IMG/VR virus record: IMGVR_UViG_3300022074_000044
Span: 1-57,259 of that record
DNA: 57,259 bases
DNA from: a virus
Taxonomy: Duplodnaviria > Caudoviricetes
Direction: 5' to 3' (one strand)
Each line of letters opens with the position of its first letter. The first letter of the stretch is position 1. The notes beneath the pieces are model-generated. The model searched no databases, was not told the origin of the DNA, and saw only the letters and a list, made by a program, of their open reading frames with translations. The position numbers and the translations under genes were made by a program. Shown one piece after another: positions 23,717-35,800 of the stretch.

Positions 23717-26700
23717 TAGATTGATGCTATTGCTCTTAGGTCACGAATCTTAGGAACGTAAGCGTAGTTAGTTCCTGACATCACAATTTTGATTTGGAAT
23801 CCATTGAACTGTGGTAGGTTCTTAGCATTGAATTCGTATTCTTTATAATCACGTTCAGTAGATGAAGAAAGTATTCTCCTATCTGGTTTACCATTATTCT
23901 TAGCCGAATCTATGACTCTTCCTTCAGAATCTAGGTTTTCAAAGCCTGGGAATAGTTCAAATAACTGATACTGTGGTGGAGCATCTATTCTGAATATCCT
24001 GTAAAGAACTCTGATATCATTAGTTGAGTGTCTGTAGGCATCAAACATAACCTTCAATCCATCAGCTGACTTCTCTAGATTTACAATCTTAGATAAGTAG
24101 ATTGCAGCACTAGGATCTTGGTCAACAGAATTAACCCTACGATCTGAAGCATAATCTGATATCTTAGAGTTAAGTCTATCCATGACCGTAATCATGTTAA
24201 CTCTATCCAAGTCAATGAAAGGACTTACTTTAGGATCATCTGTAGTCAGAGTTGTTTGTAATGTAAATGACTTTCTGCCTGGGAAGTCAGTCAGTTTTTG
24301 AAGTTCATTTGTCTTAGATGCAACGACTCTTGGAGTTGTTAGATAATTATTACTGTTTAAAGATACATCTTCGTAACCCTGATCAACATATGCCTTAAGA
24401 CTTCCATCAGGACTGTTACCACTAAACGTTCTTACCTTAGCAGCAATCTCAGTTCCTTCTGGTAAAAGAGTAGCAACATTAGGTCTGACAATATTGAATG
24501 GGATATTCTGAGTTGCCATAGGACCGTATGCGTTACTTACTTGTACATATTGTTGATCGTAACTACCACCAGATTTATTCTCACTAAAGAATAGTTCTGG
24601 GAATCCATTAGCATTTCCAGTAGCTCTGTCTACTCCACGACTTGAAACTCCAACCTTAATCCAGTAATGATCGACATCAATAGGATACTTGGCATCATTT
24701 GTAGGTAAGAAACTATGAGATGCGTTGATTCTTCTTAGAGAAACTCCATTCAACTCATACTTAAATATCTTATCATTGATTGCATAATCACCAGCCTTAG
24801 TATCATCTATGGATCTAGTAATGTTATTCAGAGTAGAAGTTGTAGTTGTAACACCAGTGTATTTGATAATCTCATTTCCTAGTTTGACGTAGCCTGGGTT
24901 TGAAGTATTTACTTCTAAGTTTTCAAATGATGTAAAGATTCCAATTGCAGTCACAGTCATATCTTCTGTACTTGTGGAATCAACTGTGGATGTTAACTTC
25001 TCTGGTTTAACGTCAGCCTCAACACCAGATAGTATAACCTGATCTTCAGCAGAGTACATACCATGATTGGAATGTCTTACACGGAAATGTAATCCATCAG
25101 TCACGTTTTGTAAGTATGTAATAGGAGCTCCGTTTACAACACTTGTTCCACCACCACCAACATATACGATAGAAGATGAAGAATCCACTTTAGGTACACC
25201 TTGGATATTATCAAGAACTAAAGTGTTGAACGCACTAATAACACCGACATTGTTTGGAATTGTTAGTCTCAAGTCTTTTCCGAATCCACCTGTATTATCG
25301 GCAGATACAGTAAGTACGTCACCAGCAGAGTATCCTGTTCCACCAATGGAAACCGTTGCAGCAACAGCTACTCTGTTTGAAACAGTTAAGTTCACAGTTG
25401 CACCAGTTCCTTTACCGAACTGAGATATAAGAGGTATGTTAGGGTAAACAACGGATGTTGCAGCAAAACCACTACCACCGTTTGTAATTACTAGATCGCT
25501 ACCAATACCTATTGCACCAAGAACTTTATTTAAGTTTGCCTTAAAGTTTGGATTTGACTGTTGGTATATTGTAGTTCCTTCTGTCAGTCCAGCTTGTTCT
25601 GATACAGTCAAACTCTTACCTAAACCAACCACTGCGTTATAGGCAAGCATATCAATGGGGTTAGGTGCAAGAGAAACAATCTGTCTGTTTCCTATATCTA
25701 AATCTGGGTTATAGAAGTTGACTCTACCAGATGTTGATGTGAAGTTAGCCCTATAAAGATTGAACTTAAGATCTTCCAACTGACTAGGATCCCATGTGGC
25801 ACCGTTCTGTGATTTGAACAGTGAACCAAGTAAAGGTTGTTGAGATACAATTATCTTCTCAGAATCTGCAGCATTGACTGTTGTAATATCTTCTTCACCC
25901 ATCCTAGAGATGTAGACAAAGTATTCGTTAGATGCAGATAGAAGAACAAGTGCAAACTCTCCTCCACCCTCACAATATACGGGCGATGGGAATGTAAATG
26001 TAGTTGGTTTAGAACCATCAGCTGATAATACAACTTGATCAGGATCAAGAATACACTCACCAAATGGCAAGATTTCTTGAGTAGGTAAACCAGTTTGAAG
26101 TGTTCTTACTTGTAAGGTAACAGGTAATTCATTTGTGTCTTTCGCTTGGAAGTAAACGTCACATTTAGTAAGGAATACACCATTGATGTCGGGAACTTCA
26201 AATGATTGAGCAAGAGGGTCAACCCACCTAGTCTGAGTTGTAGATCTGTTTGCAAAGGTATTCTCAATTGTCAATCTCTTACTTTCGTCAGTCAGAGTTC
26301 TATCAGCAGACTGTGGTATTCTCTGTACATCTGCATTTCTTGTCCTAAGAGTTGAAGACTCTACAGTTTGTAATGTACCAGATGATGTGAAGTTAGCCTC
26401 ACCAGAACTATCTGTAAATCCAGAGATAGTTGAGTTTACAGGAGATGATGACAGAGTGAATGTCTTAGTACCAGTATTGAAAGATGGAGCAGATGGAATT
26501 GTAGGATCAGGTAAGAATAATGATCCGATAAGTGTTCCTGACTTATCTGTAATTAATCTAATTGCAGATACAGTTGCAATAGCACCACTAGACTGTCCAA
26601 TCAACTTCATACCAGTGGTGATGTATCCGTAGAAACCAGATGCAGACTGGAGTTCTAGAGATGCAGTATCTACATTTAATAATGAAGTGGTAGATGAATA

Positions 26701-29700
26701 TGTGGATGAGATACTAGATGCAGGGTCATATGGATTTTGTTTATAAACCTGATTAGGATTGTTATAAGGACCATATTTGTGATTCTGATTTGCCAATCTG
26801 AATCTAATTGCATCATTGTTAGAGTTAGCACGACTTCCTTCTACAATTTCACCAGCACCAAATGTACCAGATACCATTGTAATCTCGATAAGTTTTGGTA
26901 CAACAAACCTTGACATATCAATATTATCAAAGAATGGGTATAATCTTGTATTTGGCTTGAGTCTTCTAGTAACAAATTCAATGTTCCTAGATCTCATTGT
27001 AGCAATGACTTCTGTATTTACAACCTTATCACCAAGACTTGTAGTGTCAAATCTCTCACCAACACGGAACTGAATACCCTGTCTTGTTTGGTTTGTAGTA
27101 GTTGTGGTTGTTTGCTCTTTGAAATCGTATGTTGTATCAAGGAAGTTAGTTGTTGTAGTAATTGGAATACCACGCCTCTTAACATACTTTCCTCTCTTAG
27201 AACTCTTACCAGTAACTTCGGTATCAGTTCTACTGAATAAACTTGGTCCTGTATCGATACTTGATCCTGTCCAAGTTGTTTCCCATGATCCCCAATCAAT
27301 AGGTGAAAGACCAGTATTACTATCAGCGCCAGTAATACCCATAGTGGAATTGAAACTACCTTCTATATCATAAGTAGCAGCAGTTCTTCTAGTTTCTATC
27401 CATGTGTCAGTGCCTGGATTTAATTCAACCTGACCAATCCAGTTTACAACAGCGAATGGGTTTACGTTCTCAATACGAGTTGCAAAGTTGTTTTCTAAGT
27501 AAACAGTATCACTGTAATTCAAACAAACAACGTCACCAATTCTCTTGACGTTTGTATCACCAAGATCTTCTACAAATCTGTAATCAGCAGATGGATTTGA
27601 AGATGTTGCAGCACCCACAATCGCTTCTGATCCAAGTAAAAGATCAATAGATGTTGTGTAGTGTTGAGGTCTTAATCTACCTTCTATAGAGTCAATAGAT
27701 GATTTGTACTGACTATTGTTTATGTCACCACCAGTAACAGATTTAAAGTTATCTACGAAGAATCCAGACTTGAATCTTTCCAAGTTAGTCTGTGGATCAC
27801 GAAGAGACATGTTTGATGTCTCTACTTCAAGTAGTGATAGTGATGTGTAATATTCAATATTCTTAATTCTATTCTCAAGAGTCACGATATCTTTCATTCG
27901 GAATCTCTTGTGTTTAGCTACTGTAATACCAGCATCAGATGGATCAAATAAGTATGGTGGAAGTGAAATAGTAGCAACTTCTAAAGCATTATCAATGGTG
28001 TTTGGAAGTTTAGGTAATTCTGATGGAACACCCTGAGATAAAGTAAAGATACCTTCTTTACTTAAGAATAACTTGTCAATTCTTCCAAGATAGTATTCGT
28101 ATGATAAGTTAAATGATTTGTCTTTTGCAACGATATGTGATGAAGATGATGTGCCAGCATTGAACTGTCTCGCTTCAAATTCCCAAGGAGCTTTACCAGC
28201 AATAGTAGATGTAACTCTAGGTCTTAAGTCAATAACATCTGCAGCACTTCTACCATTGATGAATGGAATTGCAGCACCATATAAACTTCTTGCATAAGAG
28301 TTAACAGTTACGAAATCGCCTGGATCTGCCGCATCAATAACGAAGTTATTGTATACAACTGTGAGTCTTCTTGTTGGTGCCTCTGTTCCTTCTTTTCTGA
28401 CGATTGCAGAGAAATCAACGTAGTCTAATCTTTGGCCTGGATCAAACTCATAGTTATTTCTAATATCTCTATCGCCTGGAATGAAGGTCTGAACTGTACC
28501 AGCAACTTGAGTTTCTTCAAATACAACTTCTTCACCTATCTCAAAGGAGTTTTCATTTTGAGAAACAAATTCTACTTCGTTAGATCCATTAGTTGCAGTA
28601 AACACAGCAGCTGCACCAGATGTCTTACCGACTATAGTTTCACCAACTATAGCATTAAGAATGTTAGAGTTTAGATTTGTAAGTTGTAATATTGGGAACT
28701 GTGCATCATCAGTAGATGAAGATTCTAATACTGCAATAACCTCTGCAACATCACAAGCACCTAGAGATATTCTCTGATCTTGAACTCTGTTTCCGTATGC
28801 TGTATCATATGTCAAACCATCATTCAACTTCATCAATCCTGTCCCAGATTGAGTCTTATTAGACTTATTGATTGTATATGTTGTCGCTCTCTTAAATACC
28901 TTTGCCTTTGGTTTTACATTTATCTTCTTCCAAGTTACTGTCAATATAGCAGCACCTGATGCTGTATCTAATCCAGATAGAGTTACTGTTCTGCCACTGA
29001 CTGTAAGTTTTTGATTAGTTAAATTTTCTGTCTTACCAGATGTCTTAAATGAAAGGTTGTAATCCTCTTCATCAAATGGTTCTAAAGTTAAGTCTGCATC
29101 AGTTTCTAAAGTTCCACTGAAAGCATTACTTGCAACTGTTATACTGTATGACTTCTTGAATAGGATGTCAGCACCATTAGTATCTACAGTTGAAACAAAA
29201 GGTTTTGTAAGTTCACTGAATAAAAATGCTTTAGAGTTGTTTTGAACTTCTAAAGTAACTTTAAACAAGTCATTCACATTTGTATCAGATGTTGGTAATG
29301 CACCAGAACATACGTTTTCAACATCTACTGTTGCTTCTAGACTAATTCCAATAGCATTTGCAGCTGTAACTTTGTTGTATGTGGGAACTGAATTACCAGA
29401 CAAACTATACTGAATGATGTCACCTGTCTTGATACCAGAGTTAACAAAACTTGCACTGGGAGATGATATTGTAGATGCAGCACCAGATGCAGCACTTATA
29501 GTAAACTGTGTTGCAACAGGAGCAATCAAATGACCTAGACTTAGGATAGGATCTGCTGTAAATGGATAGTTAGTCATATCATTACTGACTAACTGTTTTA
29601 CATCATCTATGCCATAGTCTTCCACTTCTGTGATACTTCTATTCGCAGTAACACCGTTGATAAAGAACTCCTCACCTACTTGGAATTGACCAGATACCTG

Positions 29701-31233
29701 ATACAAAGTAAGTTGTGTAGATCCATTTGAAGATGTATAAGCATATCCAGAAGCATTACTGTTTTGTCCAACGATATATGCTGGGAGATTTACAGTCGCT
29801 TTTGTGTTTAGTTGTAGATATGTGAATGTCTGAATATCATATAAAGACGATTCAAATATTGTAGAAGAATCTGCATAACCAACATTCTTCAATTTCATAT
29901 CATATACTCTGGCAACACCAACTTGTTCACCGTTTGGTGTGCCTACAGTAGAAGTTCTTTCGTTGAATAGTTTTACATAAGAACTAGTGCTGACACCAAT
30001 TAGAGGTGAACCATAGACGTTATTAAGTTCTATCTGTCTACCTACACTGAATGGTAATGACTCGTTAACTATTTTTTGTGTAGTACGAGGTTTTGGAACA
30101 TCAACAGTCGTAGTGTTAAGTGTTTCTATCTCGTATCCCTTAACGTATGCTTTTCCAGGCCCTATAGACAAACACATCAAATCTTCTATCGGTGTATTGC
30201 CTTGTTGTGTTAATTGATTAGAATAGTAAGCACCATTATTTCCTATCCTGTCATTTAGACACTCTTTAGGTGATAGTGGGAATGGTTTGATATAATAATG
30301 ACCAGACTCATCAAATGTTCTTCTTGCTAACTCATCACGAATTAGATCATCAACTTTAGTTCCAGATTTTACAAACTTTCTGAGAATACCATTTTCAATT
30401 CTCATCAACTCTACAAAGTTTTCATCATTTAGATCAGTAAGAGACTTCTTGATTAGAGATGTAGAAATCTTGAGTCTATCAGCACCAGGCGCTGCAAAGT
30501 TTGAGAATCCTCTTGCATTATCATATAAGTCATTATCTGAGGAAGATGCTGTTACTAATTCTTCTTTGATTAGTAAACCTACTCTGTATGATGGTTTGTT
30601 ACTGTACTGATCCAAGATAACTGTAGAATCAGCAACAGTTACGAAGAATCCTCTAATGAAATAAACACCAGTAGCTATCTTTGCTGCAGCACCTGTTGCA
30701 GTCGCATTTGATATTAATGTTGTTGCAAAACTAGCCCCAGATCTAATACTTGATAGAGAATAATTCATATCCTCTTGTAGTAGTAAGTTCTCTCCGTCTG
30801 CAAAACTGTTTCTAGAGAAATCAGAATCACTAGAACTCTGATATTTGATGTATAAAGTATATGCCCCTTTTGTTGATTCTCTATTTGTAATATAAGTTTC
30901 TACCTTAGCAGTAACACCACTAGTTTCACCTTTAATTTTTTTACCTATTAAATTCTCTAGGTATATGGATACTGGAATACCTAAGTGACTGTCATCGATT
31001 TGAACAGCAGTATACTCAGAATCATAAGCAATCTGGCCTGGAATTACAACAGAACCCTCTTTGAAGAAGTGCTTACCAAATTTTTCAACCTGATTCTGTA
31101 GAATCGATTGAAGTGTTGTAAGTTCTCTAGACTGTACAGGTAAACCTGGCTTGAATAGTACCCTCTGATAATTCTTTAACTCATTAAAATCATCAAAGTA
31201 CGGAGATGAATTTAAGTTGGTATTTTGTGGCAT
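23716..31233 (-). CDS. Large virion structural protein, VrlC/DUF4815-like (2505 aa)
   Basis: MPQNTNLNSSPYFDDF...VLFKPG.PVQSRELT.LQS.LQ.Q, APGADR, LARRTFDESG, YYTSLSLLE, RFKSGFFVDNF, DPLAQSF, GSLFKSQN..TW...Q.EDLKF; follows gp8 as in cyanomyoviruses. Confidence 0.85.
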   Translation of the reverse strand: MPQNTNLNSSPYFDDFNELKNYQRVLFKPGLPVQSRELTTLQSILQNQVEKFGKHFFKEGSVVIPGQIAYDSEYTAVQIDDSHLGIPVSIYLENLIGKKIKGETSGVTAKVETYITNRESTKGAYTLYIKYQSSSDSDFSRNSFADGENLLLQEDMNYSLSSIRSGASFATTLISNATATGAAAKIATGVYFIRGFFVTVADSTVILDQYSNKPSYRVGLLIKEELVTASSSDNDLYDNARGFSNFAAPGADRLKISTSLIKKSLTDLNDENFVELMRIENGILRKFVKSGTKVDDLIRDELARRTFDESGHYYIKPFPLSPKECLNDRIGNNGAYYSNQLTQQGNTPIEDLMCLSIGPGKAYVKGYEIETLNTTTVDVPKPRTTQKIVNESLPFSVGRQIELNNVYGSPLIGVSTSSYVKLFNERTSTVGTPNGEQVGVARVYDMKLKNVGYADSSTIFESSLYDIQTFTYLQLNTKATVNLPAYIVGQNSNASGYAYTSSNGSTQLTLYQVSGQFQVGEEFFINGVTANRSITEVEDYGIDDVKQLVSNDMTNYPFTADPILSLGHLIAPVATQFTISAASGAASTISSPSASFVNSGIKTGDIIQYSLSGNSVPTYNKVTAANAIGISLEATVDVENVCSGALPTSDTNVNDLFKVTLEVQNNSKAFLFSELTKPFVSTVDTNGADILFKKSYSITVASNAFSGTLETDADLTLEPFDEEDYNLSFKTSGKTENLTNQKLTVSGRTVTLSGLDTASGAAILTVTWKKINVKPKAKVFKRATTYTINKSNKTQSGTGLMKLNDGLTYDTAYGNRVQDQRISLGACDVAEVIAVLESSSTDDAQFPILQLTNLNSNILNAIVGETIVGKTSGAAAVFTATNGSNEVEFVSQNENSFEIGEEVVFEETQVAGTVQTFIPGDRDIRNNYEFDPGQRLDYVDFSAIVRKEGTEAPTRRLTVVYNNFVIDAADPGDFVTVNSYARSLYGAAIPFINGRSAADVIDLRPRVTSTIAGKAPWEFEARQFNAGTSSSSHIVAKDKSFNLSYEYYLGRIDKLFLSKEGIFTLSQGVPSELPKLPNTIDNALEVATISLPPYLFDPSDAGITVAKHKRFRMKDIVTLENRIKNIEYYTSLSLLEVETSNMSLRDPQTNLERFKSGFFVDNFKSVTGGDINNSQYKSSIDSIEGRLRPQHYTTSIDLLLGSEAIVGAATSSNPSADYRFVEDLGDTNVKRIGDVVCLNYSDTVYLENNFATRIENVNPFAVVNWIGQVELNPGTDTWIETRRTAATYDIEGSFNSTMGITGADSNTGLSPIDWGSWETTWTGSSIDTGPSLFSRTDTEVTGKSSKRGKYVKRRGIPITTTTNFLDTTYDFKEQTTTTTTNQTRQGIQFRVGERFDTTSLGDKVVNTEVIATMRSRNIEFVTRRLKPNTRLYPFFDNIDMSRFVVPKLIEITMVSGTFGAGEIVEGSRANSNNDAIRFRLANQNHKYGPYNNPNQVYKQNPYDPASSISSTYSSTTSLLNVDTASLELQSASGFYGYITTGMKLIGQSSGAIATVSAIRLITDKSGTLIGSLFLPDPTIPSAPSFNTGTKTFTLSSSPVNSTISGFTDSSGEANFTSSGTLQTVESSTLRTRNADVQRIPQSADRTLTDESKRLTIENTFANRSTTQTRWVDPLAQSFEVPDINGVFLTKCDVYFQAKDTNELPVTLQVRTLQTGLPTQEILPFGECILDPDQVVLSADGSKPTTFTFPSPVYCEGGGEFALVLLSASNEYFVYISRMGEEDITTVNAADSEKIIVSQQPLLGSLFKSQNGATWDPSQLEDLKFNLYRANFTSTSGRVNFYNPDLDIGNRQIVSLAPNPIDMLAYNAVVGLGKSLTVSEQAGLTEGTTIYQQSNPNFKANLNKVLGAIGIGSDLVITNGGSGFAATSVVYPNIPLISQFGKGTGATVNLTVSNRVAVAATVSIGGTGYSAGDVLTVSADNTGGFGKDLRLTIPNNVGVISAFNTLVLDNIQGVPKVDSSSSIVYVGGGGTSVVNGAPITYLQNVTDGLHFRVRHSNHGMYSAEDQVILSGVEADVKPEKLTSTVDSTSTEDMTVTAIGIFTSFENLEVNTSNPGYVKLGNEIIKYTGVTTTTSTLNNITRSIDDTKAGDYAINDKIFKYELNGVSLRRINASHSFLPTNDAKYPIDVDHYWIKVGVSSRGVDRATGNANGFPELFFSENKSGGSYDQQYVQVSNAYGPMATQNIPFNIVRPNVATLLPEGTEIAAKVRTFSGNSPDGSLKAYVDQGYEDVSLNSNNYLTTPRVVASKTNELQKLTDFPGRKSFTLQTTLTTDDPKVSPFIDLDRVNMITVMDRLNSKISDYASDRRVNSVDQDPSAAIYLSKIVNLEKSADGLKVMFDAYRHSTNDIRVLYRIFRIDAPPQYQLFELFPGFENLDSEGRVIDSAKNNGKPDRRILSSSTERDYKEYEFNAKNLPQFNGFQIKIVMSGTNYAYVPKIRDLRAIASI

Positions 31234-31239
31234 TTGCTT

Positions 31240-32835
31240 TTAGAACTCCAGCACGATTTTGATGTCTTCTTTTTGACTTGCCGATCTAGGAATCGCAGTC
31301 CTGTTATCAATGTAAATTACTTCACCTGATTTAGTATTGAATTCTGCTGATGAAATACCAGAACTAAAACTCATACCAAGTTGATATACTTTATTATTTA
31401 TTGAGGTACTAACACCGTTATAGTTAGTATCAACAGAGAGAAGTGAACCAACCACAGATGAACCTTGAATGGTAACTCCATATCCAGTGTCAGGATTTGA
31501 AGTGAACGGAATAATCTTATATCCAGTTTCACTAGATGCAAGACCCATTGGTTGATAATATTTCAACACTCCAGTAACTTTATCCCATGCTGCTACATAT
31601 CCAACCGCAGTTGATCCTAAACCAACTGTTTGTGTAATTTCAGAGTCAACAGCGTAGGTTGTTGCTGTAGTGACCCCAGTTAATTTCAATGCTTTCAGTC
31701 CACTCACCATTGCGGTATCTAGTAATTCTGTACTACTACCAAACACGGTGGGGTTTTTTATTAGTCCAACCCTAGCAAAGTCATTGCCTTCAATTATGTC
31801 GGGGTTAGTTTCTAGTGTCTCAAATCTGGAATATAGTAATGCTCTGTATGCTCCTAATTCTCTGTAGATGTCATATCCATGTCCACCTTTAGGTGGGATA
31901 ATCACACTGAACCCAGCAACAGATGTAGTTCCTATTCCTGTATTGGTAAGGTTAGCAAGAACACCCCCAGACTCACTGCCAGGAGCGCCTGGAAAGAATT
32001 GTATAGATCCGTGGGTATATCCTTCTCCTCCATCAGTAACAAATACCTCAGATACCTTTCCGAAAGAATCAATCGTAATTGTTGCCTTTCCGCCTGCTCC
32101 ATCTCCGAGAATCGGAACATTAGCAAAAGATGTAGAGATCGGTTGATAGTTAGAGCCTCTATCATTAACAACAACAACTTCGATCTTTCCATCTATAGCA
32201 TTAGCCTTTGTTGCAACAGTCTCGCCTTCGTTGCCCCAGTTTTCGGGCACTGGTATGTATTCAATAGAGTCAAACTTAACGATTTCGGATGGCTTAATCG
32301 TATAAAGGTATTTCCAAACGTAACCATCGCCACTAGTGCCAGCTGCCCTTGGTTCAAGGTCAACAAATGTGGGTTGGTCATATGAAGGCCTACCCTTTGA
32401 GTTTTCAGGGTCTGATCCATTTTGTAGACAGATGTAAACTTTCAAGTCTTCATTCACTATGTAGTAATTTGAATCATACAAACTTCCCTGACTAGTAATA
32501 GGTGTGAGATTGTAGATATTATAGTCGTGTCTGTACATCTCATAAGTTGTACCAGCAACCCAACTAACTTTCCTGACAAGTCTGCGAACATCCTTATCAG
32601 TTACCTTTTTCATAGCAATGATAGATTCTTTTATTGAATACTCCTCTTCAAATCCATCTAGAGGAGAGGGAGTATCAGTTGCCCATGTGGCAGTACCACC
32701 CGCCTTTGGTTCTATGGAATTGGGTAATCCCATAAAAGCGTAGTATTTGTTAACAGTAGATCCGACTCCGACAAAACTTTTAACAAAGGTCTCGGCATTT
32801 AAAATTCTAAACTGTTCGGATATTATGGCAGGCAT
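31240..32835 (-). CDS. gp8: Baseplate wedge subunit gp8
   Basis: W..GTTYEMYRHDY, VYICLQNG, DGYVWKYLYTI, PPKGGHG, GEVIYIDNR..I.R...Q.EDIKIVLEF. Confidence 0.9.
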   Translation of the reverse strand: MPAIISEQFRILNAETFVKSFVGVGSTVNKYYAFMGLPNSIEPKAGGTATWATDTPSPLDGFEEEYSIKESIIAMKKVTDKDVRRLVRKVSWVAGTTYEMYRHDYNIYNLTPITSQGSLYDSNYYIVNEDLKVYICLQNGSDPENSKGRPSYDQPTFVDLEPRAAGTSGDGYVWKYLYTIKPSEIVKFDSIEYIPVPENWGNEGETVATKANAIDGKIEVVVVNDRGSNYQPISTSFANVPILGDGAGGKATITIDSFGKVSEVFVTDGGEGYTHGSIQFFPGAPGSESGGVLANLTNTGIGTTSVAGFSVIIPPKGGHGYDIYRELGAYRALLYSRFETLETNPDIIEGNDFARVGLIKNPTVFGSSTELLDTAMVSGLKALKLTGVTTATTYAVDSEITQTVGLGSTAVGYVAAWDKVTGVLKYYQPMGLASSETGYKIIPFTSNPDTGYGVTIQGSSVVGSLLSVDTNYNGVSTSINNKVYQLGMSFSSGISSAEFNTKSGEVIYIDNRTAIPRSASQKEDIKIVLEF

Positions 32836-32859
32836 TTTAAAAAACTAGTCTTTTTGTTT

Positions 32860-32866
32860 TATTTAG
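32860..32866 (-). promoter_or_regulatory. Late promoter variant CTAAATA
   Basis: TAAATA core about 25 nt upstream of gp8. Confidence 0.6.
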
Positions 32867-32869
32867 TGG

Positions 32870-35800
32870 TTAAGTTAATGGTTTGGTTCTGGAAACCACG
32901 GCAGCAGTAGATAATCCTACGTTTCCGTTCATAGTATTGACTAAGAAATTAGTTGGATTACCAGCACCACGATTCTGATAACCAAAGAATTTACCCCAAC
33001 TGTATTTACCCCAGAAGGTATCCATGTTTGATGTTACACCAAGACCAACTTGGATTGTATTATTTCCATAAGGTGTTGGGCCAGGTAAGAAAGCACATGT
33101 AACAGTAGCAAGTCCAGAGATTGCATCACCAACAGTCACTTCTTCTACTCTGAATACACCACCAAGATAATCACCAGAAGTTACCATACCGACAGGTTGA
33201 TTTGAACCACTTGAGGTTGTAATACCAGTCAGTGCATGGCCAACAACTAAAGAACTATCATAGATGGTGAAGAAATCACCTTTCTGAAGTCCAGTATATT
33301 CAACTCCTAGTGCGTTCAAGGAAGAATAACCATAACCTAAGTTTGAGTTATCGTTATACTGTGACTTGAGTGTAAATGCTAATCTAGGTAGTACACCAGC
33401 AGTGCCAGGTAGCCATGTATTTATTCCTACAATATCACCAAAGTCTCCGACTGCGTTGACCGAGAATATATCTTCTTTCTTAGTCCTATCTGCTTCGACT
33501 ATTACTGGAGGATTACTACCCACTTCATAACCAAATCCACCATCAGTGATACTAACACTTGTGATAACACCAGCAGTCACAGATGCAGTTGCAGTCGCTC
33601 TATTGATTACTGGATCTGCATAGAAAGTAGTTGTTCCTGATCCAACTGTGATAACTCTTCTACTTGAGAAATCGCCGTATGGAGTATCCACTAAGTCACG
33701 AATCTGATTAGGATGACTTATGGTTCTTAGGTTCCAATTAGCAAGATCAAATGAGTAGTATAGTTGACCTACTGTAGAAATACCAATATACAAGTTATCA
33801 AAGAACTTAATCTTAGCAAAGTCAAATGTAGCAGGGTGTTGTGTTCCAGCTGGTAACTGTTGACTCCAAGGTTGCCAGAAGTTCTTATTGGTTGAAATAC
33901 CAATCGTACCACTATCACCAACAACAATGAATCTATTACCGTCATAGATGATATCATTCAAGTCAAAGTTAGTGTTACTTGTTTTATCTCCCCATCCCGT
34001 TCCATCAGTGGAAGCAAGGATAACACCACCATTACCAACTGCAATGAACTCCGACTGACCATAACATACTGCATTTAGTTGTTGGAAAGTTCCTGAGTAT
34101 TGACTGAACGCAGCTGCTGTTGTAAGACCTACAGCAGTAAAGATTGATCCACCAGCACCAACAGAAACCCATGTATTTCTAGTTCCTTCCCAGATAGTGT
34201 CTTGGAAGTTACCTTCGTATGTACTGTCTAGTGTTTGAACTTGACCGATAGCAGGTATTTGTCTCTGTTCTAGTAGATCTATTGCAGTCCATGTACTGAT
34301 ACTGTTACCAATCGAAACTGCTCTTGCCATAGATCCAAAGTCACCAACTGCCATGATATGAACATCAGATGTTCCACTGTTACCAACACCAACTCCGTTG
34401 AATGTTATAGTTCCACCAAATCCAATTCTACCTCTTTCCCAGAATGTTCCACTCTTAGTATTGATGTAGAAACTACTTGCACCAACAGCAACATATGGAT
34501 CTTCCTTTGTAATCGCTCTGAACTCTACCGCTGATGTAATACCAGTAATTGCATCGAACTCCCATGCAGATATTGGATCTTTACGTCCTATCAATGCACT
34601 TGATATTGCAACAGTAGGATTAGTTAGATTTGCATATCCAGTTCCACCATCACTTATAGTCAAAGATGAAATACTGGATGATGTGGAAACTAGAGATGTT
34701 ATGATTCCAGGCTGAATAGTCAAGTCCTCAAATATTTGGATATTTCTTTCAGACTGTATTAATTTGTCTATAGCATTGAATACTGGGAAAGCATTATTGA
34801 CATAGAAACTATCGTCTAGTTGACCAACATTTTTAATGATTCTGGTTGTTGGTAGAACTCTACTCTTCAATGCTGGTCTAGACTTAGGAATTAGAACACC
34901 AGAAAGAACTTGATCTTTTCTCTGTTTCTCCCATGAAAGAGGTCTTTCTGCATCCTGAGCAGTGTTGACTCCAATACTGTTGTAAGAGAATGTTTCTAAT
35001 ACATCAGAAGCAACAATTCTCTTAGTTGTTCTATCAAACTGATCTGTGTCAAGTGGATCAAGTCTATTTTCATTAATCCTTACAATATCACCAGGCTTGA
35101 CTGATGCTACTGGTTCTACAGTTTCGACATCTCTCTTAGATCCTCTGAAGTAAAATACAGAACATTTAGAGTTAGCCTTAGGTGCTTCAGTAAAGATTAC
35201 TCTACTACCTTTGAATGTGTAAGATGAAATTGGAGTCTGTAAAATGTCATTGATGTAGATAAAGATATTGTTACTAATATCCATATCACTACCAGGCAAA
35301 GTCTTAAGACTTAGAATCTCTGTTACACCACTAGTTGTTACAGATAAAGTAAACTTCTTACGAATATCATTAAAGAATGGTGCTATATCATCAAACAAGA
35401 TGAACTGGCCTGGATAGAATCCAGAGAATTTGTCGTTCTCAAGTTCTTGAACTTTCAATGTAAATTCTGTATTGACACCTACTCTTGGGTCTGTAGCAAT
35501 ACCGCTGACTGTTAGTACATCATCAACCTTGTAAGCAATTCCTTCTTCAGTAAGGTTAAACTCACTAATATTACCATCTACATTGATGCGGAAATCAACT
35601 ACTGCATCTGTTCCAAGACCAGTAGAACCAGAAACATATTCTAGACCAGTATTGAAGTATGGATTTGGAGCAGCAATGTCAAGGTAAACTGGTTTATCCA
35701 ATCTACCACCTCTCTTGAAGAGAGCTTTTTCTGTAGTAACACCAGCGTTGATTCTGAATCTGGCAGCATCTAATTTCTCGATTACATCAAATCCAGAGAA